DNA of 63,611 nt, filler included, from Octopus bimaculoides (GCF_001194135.2; 6 parts of 4 records of this genome joined end to end with filler, not necessarily neighbours in it), one strand, 5' to 3'. Positions 1 to 13,790 are shown, counted from the whole stretch's first letter. The notes: a model not told the origin generated them from the letters alone. Translations and numbers: made by a program.

Positions 1-48
<48 letters not shown>

Positions 49-57
49 CGTATGCAT
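1..57. repeat. (TA)n/(TATG)n microsatellite
   Basis: Direct tandem repeat at the window start. Confidence 0.95.
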
Positions 58-77
58 ATATGTATACATATACCTAT

Positions 78-297
78 TACGAAGAGGTGCTGGAAAGTTC
101 CTGGCTTTGAGTAAAAGAAAATACAGGACGATCAGTTAATTATGATTTTATTCAACATATTCCACTCTCAGATTCACACACATATTGCAGCGATCCTTCA
201 GTTTTTCTAAGCCTTGTAAAAGGACGCGGAATTTTGGGCCTCCAACCAGGCCTTTCACGACACCCTGAAGGCCAGGACCTTTTCAGCACCCCGGCAT
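78..297. mobile_element. Mariner-like MITE, copy 1
   Basis: Left end TA-cgaagaggtgctggaaagttcctggc is the inverted complement of right end gccaggaccttttcagcacccc. The internal sequence matches the copy at 51381-51557. Confidence 0.75.
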
Positions 298-706
298 ATA
301 CACATACACACACACATATATGTAATGGTCTACGTTATTGCTTTTCTAAAACCACAGGTCATATTCTTCATAATATATAGAGGCGACAATTTAGAAATGC
401 AATTTTTAGGTCAATGGGAACTGCGTGATTACTGCAAATTCTGCAAATAATTTGTTAATTTGGAATTTTTTTCGTTTTTTTTTTTAAATACTGTTTATGA
501 TAGATGAAAAGGCAGTTCTTCCTTCAAATTTTTTTATTCTATTCCATATATATTATTTTCATTTGTGGTAAGATACTGGATAGATTCTACTCTGAAATTG
601 TAACTTAGAACTAAGAATTTTGCATGGTACTTGCAGTGACAGTGGCCTTTAAAAATATAATATCGCTTTCATATTCAAATATTTCAAAATATTGTTATAT
701 TATATT

Positions 707-831
707 GTACTAGCAATGCATCCCGGCGTTGCTTGGGTGTTGTGATCTATAGCCACATTGTATTATTTGTTCCTTTTTTTATGGGCAGAATCGGTACATG
801 AGAAGTATGAAGCAAACAACTCTTCTTTATA
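707..831 (+). mobile_element. Possible short Helentron/HINE (DINE-1-like) non-autonomous element
   Basis: Starts tactagcaatgcatcccggcgttgcttggg, resembling the ACTAG...CCCGGCGTTGCCCGGG 5' signature. A similar start occurs at 44372. Confidence 0.35.
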
Positions 832-868
832 AACATGTTTCTCGGTCATTTTCTGATAAACAACGCTG

Positions 869-1010
869 CAGTTTCCATCTACCAAATTCAGTCACAAGTC
901 TGTGGTTGGCCTAAGGCTATAGTAGAAAACACTTGCCCAAGGTACCATGCAGAGGGACTGAAAGTGGAACCATGTGGTTGTGAAGCAAACTTCTCAACTA
1001 TACAGTCATT
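869..1010 (-). mobile_element. SINE family A, 5' (tRNA-derived) half, diverged
   Basis: Reverse complement of the family A head (cacatggttcc...ccttgggcaagtgt...ctactatagcct...tttggtagatggaaactg) seen at 25161 and 58600-58740. Confidence 0.8.
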
Positions 1011-1485
1011 CTTGGACCTAATATGTGTGTGCGTATTCGTGTGTTTACATTTGTTGTTAAATCGATTATTGGGTCCAACTATGTCTCGAAGTTAGCAGTT
1101 CATCAAGCAGATATCTATAAAATAAATGCCAGATTGAAATACGTACTGTGATCAATATGATCAATTAAATTTTTGAAGGTGATGCCCCATCAGGGTGACA
1201 GTCGAAAGACTAAACCCAGTAAAATAATGTTTAAAGACTTAATGGTTTCAAATTTAAGGCAATTGATTACGAACCACAAGTTAATGTGTTTAAAAGTATT
1301 CAACTTCCACTCTATACGATAACTGTATTTCTACATCTCAGTCTACTCCACTTCCAACAATTAACAATTGTTATTTGAGGTTGAATGCTTAGCAGTAAAA
1401 AAAGATGTCCAGATTTCTTTAAAAATTATTGAGCAAAATATTCTGAGAAAAAAGCATTTTTCACCACAGCAAAACACGTGCGCGT

Positions 1486-1525
<40 letters not shown>

Positions 1526-1535
1526 ACACACACAA

Positions 1536-1593
<58 letters not shown>
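1486..1593. repeat. (CA)n microsatellite
   Basis: Direct tandem repeat. Confidence 0.95.
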
Positions 1594-1594
<1 letters not shown>

Positions 1595-2080
1595 GCGGTA
1601 TGCCTGTGGTAACTTGAGCTACTACAAATAGCAGCCAAATTTCTCTTAACATACACCCTTTCATCAAAAGAAAGACTGATTTACAGTATTTCAGGAAGAA
1701 GAAAAAAACTATGCAATTGCTACAACAGAGGCAACTCTAGGCTAAACAGACAAACATACTTCACATTAAAAAATTATCTACTAAATAATACTAATAAAGT
1801 TGACGGTATATCTTTGAAGTTTCATTCCCTGGTAGAACTCCATGTATTTTAAACATTATCTTATTGTGCTCTAAGACATAGATTATTCAGGCAGTGTTGC
1901 CTTCCTTAGCTAAAGATCTCAGAATTGTGCGACCTGATCTCGTTTCCGAGGTTATTTTTGTAGTAACAAAGAGTTGTTGTGCAAAACACATACTTTGTTT
2001 GGTAGCCAAAAGATAATTGAATCTTTTGATACTTCATACGTCAAAATCGGCAACTCAGTTTTCGAATCCATAAGTAACGT

Positions 2081-2088
<8 letters not shown>

Positions 2089-2169
<81 letters not shown>
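2089..2169. repeat. (CA)n microsatellite
   Basis: Direct tandem repeat. Confidence 0.95.
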
Positions 2170-2173
<4 letters not shown>

Positions 2174-2244
2174 CTGCTTTATATATTAAGACTATATTAG
2201 TTCTAACATAGATAAAGGATAAAGCTCCTTCTCGAGTCATGTAG

Positions 2245-2466
2245 ATTCTTATGGCTTGTTTCCCGCTAATATTACTCTACACACACAACAGGACGAGACG
2301 CCGGTAAGTCGCCAGATTACTCATTTTTGTTAGCTGAGTAGACTGGTGCGACGTGAAATGAAGTGCTTTGATCAAGAATACAACACATCGGCCAGTCCAG
2401 GAATTGAAATCACAATCTTACGATCGTGAGCCCAACGTCCTCACCACTAACTCACGTGCCTCCACA
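2245..2466 (-). mobile_element. SINE family D (tRNA head plus V-domain-like core)
   Basis: Reverse strand reads gtggaggcacgtgagttagtgg (A box), gatttcaattcc (B box), gttgtattcttgatcaaagcacttcatttcacg. Homologous to 45090, 51187 and 55995. Confidence 0.8.
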
Positions 2467-3438
2467 TCTAACATACATGAGAAGTTCAAAAACATTTTGG
2501 TTGTTACTATAGTTCATACATTTTATCTTTACGTTGTTTCAGTCATTGGACTACAACTATACTGGGGCAAGACATTGAAGGGTTTTACAAGAACATATCG
2601 ACTGCAGTAATTATTTTTAAACTGATTTTCTTTCTGTTATAAAGCAAAATCAACCCAGATATTAATTAAATTCATAGTGTTAAATTCATAATTACAAGTA
2701 ATGACATGCTGCGGGCCAATACTGTGTCATCGATCATACGGTACGAGCTGCATAGAAAAAGGAAAGTTTTAAGTTTTATTTGTATTTTTTTTTACTATGG
2801 CTGTCTGCAATATGATTTAGCTTTATATATNNNNNNNNNNNNNNNNNNNNNNNNNNNNNNNNNNNNNNNNNNNNNNNNNNNNNNNNNNNNNNNNNNNNNN
2901 NNNNNNNNNNNNNNNNNNNNNNNNNNNNNNNNNNNNNNNNNNNNNNNNNNNNNNNNNNNNNNNNNNNNNNNNNNNNNNNNNNNNNNNNNNNNNNNNNNNN
3001 NNNNNNNNNNNNNNNNNNNNNNNNNNNNNNNNNNNNNNNNNNNNNNNNNNNNNNNNNNNNNNNNNNNNNNNNNNNNNNNNNNNNNNNNNNNNNNNNNNNN
3101 NNNNNNNNNNNNNNNNNNNNNNNNNNNNNNNNNNNNNNNNNNNNNNNNNNNNNNNNNNNNNNNNNNNNNNNNNNNNNNNNNNNNNNNNNNNNNNNNNNNN
3201 NNNNNNNNNNNNNNNNNNNNNNNNNNNNNNNNNNNNNNNNNNNNNNNNNNNNNNNNNNNNNNNNNCCATTTACTAAATTTATATATACTCAAGTACCCAA
3301 AATAACATGGAGTTTCTACCTTAGAAACAGGAGTTACACCACAGTCATTTTGTGATCTTTGCTACCCTAGTATCTATTAACTAATTTATTTTGTCCGAGT
3401 TAATTATTAACTAGGAGAAAATAAATACATATAATAAT

Positions 3439-3481
<43 letters not shown>

Positions 3482-4234
3482 GAATGTAATAATTAAATTA
3501 TATATTATGAACTTTATTTTGTTTTATTGTGGGTATGATCCTCTGTGTGGAGAAGTTGTCGTGCATGAAACCGATCCGTTATGCTAGAGACGTTATGCTT
3601 TTTGTTGGTAATATACCAACTGTACTGACAACTAACTCATTTAATAGTATATATTATTTCATCGCAAACTTTTTCGGCATAAACTTATACTCAGTCATTG
3701 ATACTCAATTACAGTAAGATTTTTCCTTTTCTTTCATTGAGCTGTGCAGGAATATGGTTCGTTCTTCAGATATTTATAACAGAATACAAGAATTTCACTC
3801 TTGTTTCTTACCGACACAGCAAGATATAATTGTTTCGACCTACCTTGTTCTTTAGAATGCATCTAACGTCTTTATCAAATACATTTACCTGCAGCTACCG
3901 AATTCCTTCTTCAGCAGAAACTGCATTTAAGGACTGGCAAATTGGATGCTAGCGGCAAAATAGAATAATTATCCGTTCTTAACTTTCAGTTGTGTGTATA
4001 GGAGTGGGATGTGCGCTCGTGCATGTGTGTCCAGGCGCAAGCATACTATTTCTTTAATCTTATCTTTGTTATTGTATAGATTTATTACTTTTATATGTAG
4101 CTATTGGGGTGTGGATCAAATGAGGAATCTGCTAAATAGCTGCCTACAGCCGTCTTACAAGAAGATACATTAGAGAAAAATTAGGTATATAGAAAGACTA
4201 TGTCGGTGCCCGATGACACTTTTCAAGGTCGCGA

Positions 4235-4355
4235 GCAGCAGAATGGTTGTCAAAATGCTTAGTGCCACTTCTTTCGGCTTTCAGTCCTGAGTACAAATTT
4301 CACTGAGATCGACTTCCCTTTCATCTTTTCAGAGTCGATAAAATAAGTACCAATT
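4235..4355 (+). mobile_element. SINE family B fragment (Meta/MESC-like core)
   Basis: aaatgcttag...gagtacaaattt...tttcatcttttcagagtcgataaaataagtacc matches the other family B copies. Confidence 0.7.
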
Positions 4356-5167
4356 ATCCTTTCTCTAATTTTTCAGCTATTGTGTTTATAGTGGAAGTAA
4401 TTATTATAAAGCGAGTGTAACAATAACAGAACATTTACTATTGCCATGAATCTATAATAAAAAGGATTGTCAAATTTATTGCGAAGATCAAGTTGAGTGA
4501 GGTCTCAATATTATACATGAGAGAGAGAGAGAGAGTGAGAAACACAGAAAGGCAGAGACAGAAGGAAACGGAAAATATAACGATAGATATATAAATAGCA
4601 AGAAAAATGAAAGGTAGGTAAGGAGAAGCATAATGCTTCTCTTGGAGTAATAAGTGAAAGGAAGTCTCACTGATTAAACATTAACTCCATATAGTTTGAA
4701 TTCTTAAGAAACCCTTTCGATTTCAGCACCAATTAATCAGTTTAACCCTTATTACTAACCGCAACAATGCCTGATATTTGCATTAAGCCTCTCTAGTCAC
4801 CTGTTGAATCTATAATCGATTATTCCGATGCTAACGGCAAGCGGTTATCTCTTTTAAACCCTGCCAACGTCTGCATAATTGAATTGCTGACCTTATCTCT
4901 GTAGAGTCATTACAATGCATAAGCGTTCGTGTTTGTTTATTTTATATTTTGCTTGTTTTGTTTCTTCACAATGCTGATTGGTTTATTTGCTGCTGTATAA
5001 TTTATGTTGTACCAGTTTTCTGACATCAGCACATGTTTAGCAATTCATTAATTGGTCCAGCGTTTAGCAAGACTAAGAGGAATCCATCTTGGGCTCTACC
5101 TTTGTGAGCTTTTAAGGACATGCCAATATTCAACTTTTATTAATCTCTCTCTTTCAGTCTCTTTCTC

Positions 5168-5206
<39 letters not shown>

Positions 5207-5957
5207 ATATATATATGTGTATGTAAATATATATATATANNNNNNNNNNNNNNNNNNNNNNNNNNNNNNNNNNNNNNNNNNNNNNNNNNNNNNNNNNNNN
5301 NNNNNNNNNNNNNNNNNNNNNNNNNNNNNNNNNNNNNNNNNNNNNNNNNNNNNNNNNNNNNNNNNNNNNNNNNNNNNNNNNNNNNNNNNNNNNNNNNNNN
5401 NNNNNNNNNNNNNNNNNNNNNNNNNNNNNNNNNNNNNNNNNNNNNNNNNNNNNNNNNNNNNNNNNNNNNNNNNNNNNNNNNNNNNNNNNNNNNNNNNNNN
5501 NNNNNNNNNNNNNNNNNNNNNNNNNNNNNNNNNNNNNNNNNNNNNNNNNNNNNNNNNNNNNNNNNNNNNNNNNNNNNNNNNNNNNNNNNNNNNNNNNNNN
5601 NNNNNNNNNNNNNNNNNNNNNNNNNNNNNNNNNNNNNNNNNNNNNNNNNNNNNNNNNNNNNNNNNNNNNNNNNNNNNNNNNNNNNNNNNNNNNNNNNNNN
5701 NNNNNNNNNNNNNNNNNNNNNNNNNNNNNNNNNNNNNNNNNNNNNNNNNNNNNNNNNNNNNNNNNNNNNNNNNNNNNNNNNNNNNNNNNNNNNNNNNNNN
5801 NNNNNNNNNNNNNNNNNNNNNNNNNNNNNNNNNNNNNNNNNNNNNNNNNNNNNNNNNNNNNNNNNNNNNNNNNNNNNNNNNNNNNNNNNNNNNNNNNNNN
5901 NNNNNNNNNNNNNNNNNNNNNNNNNNNNNNNNNNNNNNNNNNNNNNNNNNNNNNNNN

Positions 5958-6056
<99 letters not shown>

Positions 6057-7099
6057 CACCTTATACCTTATATATTGAATATACTTTAGTGATATATCTG
6101 TATGAACATAATAAGTACATAAGTATATTTATATAAGTTGTACGAACATACTTGTATTCTTGAAAAAAAAAACAAAAAAACAGAAAAAACATTTCCGTTG
6201 CACTATTTTGTACGTGCGTGCCTAGGGATGTATGTGGCTGTGAAATGTAAAATACCAAACCATTTTTTAATCATTTAAATGTTTTAAGCATAAACACTTA
6301 ACACGAAAGTTTTGCAAATGTTTGAATGCTAAGCCTTAACTTCCTCACCAGATGATTGATAATTAATAATAATGCTTATACCTTTCACAATGGTTAAATA
6401 TTTTCTATGCAATGGCTGCGTAATCAATGAGAAGTCTTTTTCACGGTTCTTCGGTTCGCCAAATTGGAGACTTTGTTGCCAAAATGATCTTCACATATTC
6501 TGTTATCATCCTCATTAAAATTCTTTCTTTCGTTAGGACCCGTCTTAATGAGATACATCTTCCGTTCCTCTGTTGTTTATTTCAATAAGAGTGGAAAATT
6601 CTGATATATTCCCAACTGAATTAAATCCTGGTATTCTGTGTTACTCAATCCTTTTCTTTTTCCTATTGTTGTTGTTGATTTACTTCAAGTTAGCTTTCTT
6701 CAGATAAACATACAGAAATGTTTTCAAACCATAAATATCCCATCTTGTTTGTATATTTTGTGCAACTTTATCTAGCATGTCTTCCTTTTTGTGAGATGAA
6801 AAAGTGTTTTGAGAGAGATTTAGCTGATGTTTCCAACGTACACACCAACCGCGCTGTATCTCCATCACAGGATCCTTTGCCGATGAAAATGGCGATGATG
6901 ACGTTGTTTTCAATTCATTAATATGAAGATGTTTCTGTCATATCGAGCTTCCACTCAAACATTTTACATTTTTACATCAAACAGTAATCTTGGAGCGGTT
7001 AAACAGGTACCTTGTGAACTGTGAAAGTTTCAGTAACTTTTTAAAGAATTAACGAGTATCAACACTGTGAAAACTGAAAATGGTGTTCGCTCGGGGGCA

Positions 7100-7960
7100 A
7101 TTTATTTAAATGCATGCCTTTGGTTAATAAGTTCCACTCGTACAACAGTTGAAGCCATGGGACAATGAACAATGGCTTAACTTCGCACGTGAGATGGAAG
7201 CAATTTTTGAGGCAAATGACAACTTCATTTTGTTAATGAGTAATGAAGCTCATTTTCATCTTATTGGTATGGTGAATCAACAGAACTGTTGTTATTGGGC
7301 TCTTGAAAATCCAAAGAGAACTACACGAAAGACCACTATACAGCCCAAAAATGACGGTCTAATGTGATGTTAGAAAAGCTACCGTCATTGGTCCTTACTT
7401 TCTTGAAGGCAATAATGGAAATGCTGTTACTGTGAACTTCGAGCGTTACATCTAGATGATAAATAACTTCTTTGAACCTGAATTTAAACGAAAACGTATG
7501 CCTATTTCACGTGTGTGGTTTCAGCAGGATGGGGTGGCGACCCACACAGCCAAAGCATCAATGGACGTTCTTTGCCCTCTCTTCGGTGACTACCTCATTT
7601 CCAGGTTTGCTGACATTTCTTAGCCCCTTCAGTCCCCTGATATGTCCATGTGTGATTATTTCTTGTGGAGAAACACCAAGGCACGTGTGTGTGCGCATAA
7701 GCCCCGTACATTGGATGATATGAAGGAAGCTATTCGCGTGGAAGTCGCCCAAATCGACACAGCTTTGCTGGAGAATGTGGAGGCGAACTTCCAAGAACAC
7801 CTTCAGAAATGCATCAATGAAAACGGACACCACTTGATGGATGTTGTTTTCTATACTTGATTTTGACAATACCTAATTCAATACAAACACATTGATGTCA
7901 ATAAAATTTGTTTGCAGCTAAAATTAATGATTTTGTAATTTTTTCCAAAACGTCCGCCCT
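7100..7960 (+). mobile_element. Tc1/mariner DD41D (rosa/Visitor) transposase pseudogene with 3' end
   Basis: Across frameshifts: QQLKPWD..LMSNEAHF..NQQNC.YWALENP; IGPYFLE..VTVNFERY; VWFQQDGVATHTAKASM..ISRF..SPDMSMCDYFLW..KPRTLDDMKEAIR..CINENGHHLMDVVF*. There are 41 residues between the 2nd and 3rd catalytic D. The first D is mutated to N and internal stops are present. Confidence 0.9.
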
Positions 7961-8028
7961 CTCTGTCTCGCCCTCTCTGTCTCGCCCTCTCTGTCTCGCC
8001 CTCTCCGTCTCGCCCTCTCTGCCTCGCC
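7946..8028 (+). repeat. 14-bp minisatellite (cgccctctctgtct)n, about 5.5 copies, running into a gap
   Basis: Direct tandem units immediately after the rosa element 3' noncoding region. Confidence 0.9.
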
Positions 8029-8363
8029 NNNNNNNNNNNNNNNNNNNNNNNNNNNNNNNNNNNNNNNNNNNNNNNNNNNNNNNNNNNNNNNNNNNNNNNN
8101 NNNNNNNNNNNNNNNNNNNNNNNNNNNNNNNNNNNNNNNNNNNNNNNNNNNNNNNNNNNNNNNNNNNNNNNNNNNNNNNNNNNNNNNNNNNNNNNNNNNN
8201 NNNNNNNNNNNNNNNNNNNNNNNNNNNNNNNNNNNNNNNNNNNNNNNNNNNNNNNNNNNNNNNNNNNNNNNNNNNNNNNNNNNNNNNNNNNNNNNNNNNN
8301 NNNNNNNNNNNNNNNNNNNNATGTATATTCAAATCTCTCTCACTCTCTCTTTATATATATACC

Positions 8364-8401
<38 letters not shown>

Positions 8402-8420
8402 TGTGTATGTGTGTGTGTGT

Positions 8421-8451
<31 letters not shown>

Positions 8452-8657
8452 CGCGTGTGTTAACACATTCCAACAAGTTTAGGTGTGAATACGCCTTTTG
8501 TTGGTGTATTTCGTCTTCGGAGAACAGATTTTCCCATCCAAACACGATGTTTTAGCAACACATTTTGTCTGAAGTAAGAATTTGTTTCCCGACGCATGTC
8601 TGATCATCGGTTATTTACAGCTGTGAAAAACATATTATCTTTTCAGATTCAACAAAA

Positions 8658-8711
<54 letters not shown>

Positions 8712-9173
8712 TCACACACATAAACACACAAATATATATATGTGTGTGTGTATATATATATATATATATGTGGCTTTCATATATTCTTTTGCGTCTAAAT
8801 GTCTCCACATGTAAGAAAGTAAGACGCTTCTTATCTTTGTGTTCGTTTCATAAATTGATATACACCGAGATACCTTGTAATTTGAATCTTTGAGAGTACA
8901 GTATTATTTTATACGTAAATCTTAGCATGAATATATTTTCTGGTTGTACACTTTGTTTGTAAATGCTAGTATTTGCGCGTATTTGTATGCAAAATGTCTT
9001 TATTAATGATATATTTTTACGAGACAAAGATTTGAAATTTGTATTGACCAACGTTGAATGTTGTATTTATCTTACACGCGTAGTAGATATTAACGTTTGA
9101 CTCCACTCCTTATTTCATTTTAACCGCATTCAATAATCCTTTACCCTTTACTTTTCTTCAATCTATCAATTTT

Positions 9174-9175
<2 letters not shown>

Positions 9176-9223
<48 letters not shown>

Positions 9224-9230
9224 CAGATAG
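9176..9230. repeat. (GATA)n microsatellite
   Basis: Direct tandem repeat. Confidence 0.95.
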
Positions 9231-9245
9231 AGAGGGAAAGAGAAT

Positions 9246-9440
9246 TTCATTTATCGCTTTCTCGAACATGAAAGGCAAAATAGAACTTTGTAGGATCTGA
9301 GCTCACTAATATTCTATAGTTCATGAAAGGCGTTTTGAATCGTTCTCAACCTTCACCCGTCTTCACGTTCTGTGTTCAAATTCCACCGAGGTCGACTTTA
9401 CCTTTCATATTTTCGGGTTCGATGAAATAAGTAGAATCGT
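9246..9440. mobile_element. Two SINE family B fragments in opposite orientation (9246-9303 minus; ~9325-9440 plus)
   Basis: atgaaaggcaaa...gatctgagctca, then acgttctgtgttcaaattccaccgaggtcgactttacctttcat...gatgaaataagta. Confidence 0.65.
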
Positions 9441-9769
9441 GTTATNNNNNNNNNNNNNNNNNNNNNNNNNNNNNNNNNNNNNNNNNNNNNNNNNNNNNNN
9501 NNNNNNNNNNNNNNNNNNNNNNNNNNNNNNNNNNNNNNNNNNNNNNNNNNNNNNNNNNNNNNNNNNNNNNNNNNNNNNNNNNNNNNNNNNNNNNNNNNNN
9601 NNNNNNNNNNNNNNNNNNNNNNNNNNNNNNNNNNNNNNNNNNNNNNNNNNNNNNNNNNNNNNNNNNNNNNNNNNNNNNNNNNNNNNNNNNNNNNNNNNNN
9701 ATATATATATATATATATATATACATACATACATACATACATACATACATACACACGCCCATACGCATC

Positions 9770-9825
<56 letters not shown>

Positions 9826-10121
9826 AAGAGAGAGAGAGAGAGAGAGAGAGAATGCTGGATGTATGTATGTCCACGCAAATTTAGTTATTAATGCTTGAGC
9901 CAGAAGATTGAGTATTTCCCGGTGTATAGGTCTTTAGATGTTTTAGAGATGATATTTGTTATTTGATGAATTCTCCCCTGACCTCCCTAGATTCCACCAC
10001 TGGGAAACTGTTAAAAGTGTGGCGTATATGAAAATAGTACATTTATTGTTGAGCTATTTATCGTCTTGCTTTCTGAGTTCAAATCCCGTGGAGGTAAACT
10101 TTAGTTTATATCCATGCCGAT

Positions 10122-10152
<31 letters not shown>

Positions 10153-10159
10153 CATACAT

Positions 10160-10190
<31 letters not shown>

Positions 10191-10544
10191 TACCTACATA
10201 CATACATACATAGATATGTGTATACACATGCGTGCTGACGCACACACAATCAAACACAGAACGCAACTCCGATAACAGACAGGATCAACAACTATTGAAG
10301 AGGTTGCAAGAAGCAACGAAAATTTTTAAAAATTATAATAAATAATTAAATGAGTGGAAATCGAACCGGTGTGTGTGTGTTAATTAATAAGGCATGAAAA
10401 GAAGAAAGTGATCATTGAATGAAACTTTTATGAAATGAGAGAAACTGGCGTCGATGTCAATAATATCGATTTATTTGCTAAAGTACTCTTAAACGTTCAC
10501 ACATAATGTTTCTATGATTTAATTGCCGCTTTCTATCTGACTCT

Positions 10545-10554
10545 CTTCTCTCTC

Positions 10555-10630
<76 letters not shown>
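10545..10630. repeat. (CT)n microsatellite
   Basis: Direct tandem repeat. Confidence 0.95.
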
Positions 10631-10632
<2 letters not shown>

Positions 10633-11165
10633 GGAATATAACTCTTTCAAATCAATTTTATTTCGAGTTTTCTTTCGAAATATTCTTATTTAATTGAATA
10701 AATTTAACAAAGTCATAATTTTGTAATACGAAAAGTAAGACTTCTTTGACTGAAAGATTCATGTTTTGTTTTATTTGTTTCCATTTTTTTTTGTTCATAT
10801 TTTTGGATTGTTTGTAATTTTTTTTCCTTTTATGGTTTTCTTCTATATATTCTTTTTTTTTGTTTTGTTTTTTCACAACACAATAGCGCCATATTTAATT
10901 TACAGGATCGGAATGAAGATTGATTTGCAGGTATTTGGAGGGAAAGAACTCAAATACTAATTATGGTATATCTTTAAGCTTCGACATAAGGTCGTCATTT
11001 TCCTTTTGTTTTTAGGATGTTAAAAAAAAATGTGCAAAATTTCTCAGCTGTGTTTCAAAGAAGTCATTACTTTTTACCATGTGCGTTTCTCTAACGATAT
11101 AAAGAAACATATGGGATCACAACTTTGTTTTTTCTCTTGCGTACAATCCCTTCACCCTTGTTGCC

Positions 11166-11665
11166 ATACATACATACATACATACATACATACATACAGA
11201 TATATATACATACATACATACATGCATACATACATAAATACATACATACATACATACATACATACATAGATGCATACATGCATACATACAGACATACGTA
11301 CATACATACAGACAGACATATATACATACATAAATACAAACATAAATACATACATAAATACATACATACATGCATGTATACATACATACACGCCTGCATG
11401 CATATTTGCAAACAGATATACATACACACATACATGCATACATGTAGATATGCATACATACATACATACATACATACATACATACATACACACACTCACA
11501 CACATATGCACACCCTTCGTAATACTGATACAAGTCGTCACATAAACATACGAAGAAAATATTTATCAAGTATATATACAAATATGCATACCCACAAATA
11601 TATGCATACACACATACACACACATACACACACATACACACATACACATATACTCACATATATAA
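11166..11665. repeat. Long degenerate (TACA)n/(CA)n tract
   Basis: About 500 bp of imperfect tetranucleotide repeat; the source of the spurious YIHT/MYVC ORFs. Confidence 0.9.
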
Positions 11666-11846
11666 ACATGCACTTTATAATATACAAATATATACTTGCA
11701 GGTACTCAAAGTATATTTTAACGTATATATATGTAAAAATATCCATAATTATAAATCCTTACAGGTGCTCACATATAGATGTAAAAGATATTTTCAGTGA
11801 ATATATGTAAGTACATATGTATACATTTCATGCATATATATTCGTG

Positions 11847-11863
11847 AGTGTGTGTGTGTGTGC

Positions 11864-11930
<67 letters not shown>

Positions 11931-11942
11931 TGTGTATGTGTA

Positions 11943-12024
<82 letters not shown>
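11847..12024. repeat. Compound (GT)n/(GA)n microsatellite
   Basis: Direct tandem repeat. Confidence 0.95.
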
Positions 12025-12029
<5 letters not shown>

Positions 12030-12266
12030 GTGTGTCTGTGTAATTATTGAGTTATAATCTTCTGGGAGTTTATTTACGACGTTGATTGCATTTATGAAAA
12101 GAGAGAGAAAAATGTACTCCGTGCATGCAATCTAGAAACAAGAGCAACAACATTAATAATAGTAATAATAATAATCGATTTGTCAACATCACAGAGGTCG
12201 TTCATTGTAATCTAATTAGATATGCCGACGCTTTGTCTGTCAGCATTTGTTGTCAGACTCTTAAGT

Positions 12267-12657
12267 TGTTGTTGTTGTTGGCACTCCGTCGCTTACGACG
12301 TCGAGGGTTCCAGTTGATCCGATCAACAGAACAGCCTGCTCGTGAAATTAACGTGCAAGTGGCTGAGCACTCCACAGAAACGTGTACCCTTAACATAGTT
12401 TTCGGGGATATTCAGCGTGACACAGTGTGACAAGGCTGACCCTTTGAATTACAAGCACAACAGAAGCAGGAAGTAAGAGTGATAGAAAGTTGTTGTGAAA
12501 GGGTACAGCAAGGTTCGCCACCATCCCCTGCTGGTGCCTCGTGGAGCTTTAGGCGTTTTCGCTCAACAAACACTCACAATGCCCGGTCTGGGAATCGAAA
12601 CCGCAATCCTATGACCGTGAGTCCGCTGTCCTAACCACTGGGCCATTGCGCCTCCAC
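12267..12657 (-). mobile_element. SINE family C, full length, with TSD
   Basis: tRNA head gtggaggcgcaatggcccagtgg...ggtttcgattccc and (caa)n tail. 13-bp TSD cagactcttaagt at 12254-12266 and 12657-12669. Confidence 0.92.
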
Positions 12658-12840
12658 AGACTCTTAAGTAGCTTAGACCTTTTCCACAGAATTCTTGAAA
12701 AACCCAGTTGTACTTAAGTGCTAAAACTATTTTAGAGTAATCCATTCTACCTTTCTTCCTGGCAAGTACTGCAATATTAAGACGATTCAATATGCGGATA
12801 TTATTCCTATCTGAATACCTATTTTTCTCCATATATAATA

Positions 12841-13190
12841 TGGTGTCTATGCAGAATACTCAAGGTCCTCTACAGAGATAGAATCAGAAATTCTGAAGTT
12901 CTGAGAAGAGCAAATTTGCACAGCCTGGTGAAGGCAGTGGTAGAAAGAAAAGTGAAACTTGTAGGTCACGTTTTCTCATTGTCAGAAGAACGAATACCCA
13001 AGATAGCCAAACAATGGGCACCACTAGAGACGACAAAAGAAGGGAGGGAATGGAAACATAAGAATATGATTTGTCATCCTTCAAAGAAGATCTGAAGCAA
13101 CTTAAAATCACTTCGGTAGATGCAGATGACAATACTCAAAAACGGCTGCAGTCCAATAACTGAAAGAAATACAAGATGGAAGGTACATCT
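12841..13190 (+). mobile_element. RTE-clade LINE, 3' fragment of ORF2
   Basis: Translates WCLCRILKVLYRDRIRNSEVLRRANLHSLVKAVVERKVKLVGHVFSLSEERIPKIAKQWAP, then after a frameshift SFKEDLKQLKIT. This is the typical RTE post-RT region. Confidence 0.85.
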
Positions 13191-13619
13191 AAGTGACACT
13201 CTAATAACAGGATTATTGTTGCTATGGTAATTTCGACGCACTGAGTTAAAAGATTCACCATCACTAGCGTAGGGTGAAGCAGCAACTATTGCACTCCTAC
13301 TGAGCCTACATTGCTTGCCTGCTATTCAGCTAACAACTGAATCTGCGGAGATAACGGAGCGAGTTAAATAGTTGAGAAATTTAGAGCCCAAATTTCTAAA
13401 CTGAAACCCATAGGAAGTAATTGCCTGTACGTTGGAGTGAATCGTGCTGGGCAATTAAATATATGTTTTTTTTTATCAAGACTGATGATGTTATAGGAGG
13501 ACAAGAAAGCAAAACGGAGAAATAAAGAGGACAGACAATAAAGGAAAACTAAAATATAACAGCAAGGAAACGTGAGAAAGGAAAGGAACTCATTTAATCA
13601 TCGGTGAGGTCTCACTGGA

Positions 13620-13790
13620 CAGGCCTATAATCAAAGACATTTTAAGACATGGTTATCTAATTTTAGTAGTGTCCCTAAGGCCCCATTATCCAACCTGTTC
13701 TTTTAAGGCAGTAAAATGTGATGTGTTGAAGACAGAGTCGTCATTTCTAGCAGTTCGAACAGTCTTATAGGTGTCCCTTCTCTGACTCAT
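13620..13790 (+). mobile_element. Diverged interspersed repeat fragment (probable SINE tail)
   Basis: ctataatcaaagacatt...cattatccaa...gtgatgtgttgaagacagagtcgtcatttctagcag. A related piece (caaatctccctcaaatcac) lies near 46015 on the other strand. Confidence 0.3.

Noticed and set aside
6390-6540. Minus-strand RICEDHF peptide resembling a THAP C-x-x-HF motif
   Set aside because: Only a 7-residue resemblance; upstream THAP cysteine and tryptophan motifs are absent.
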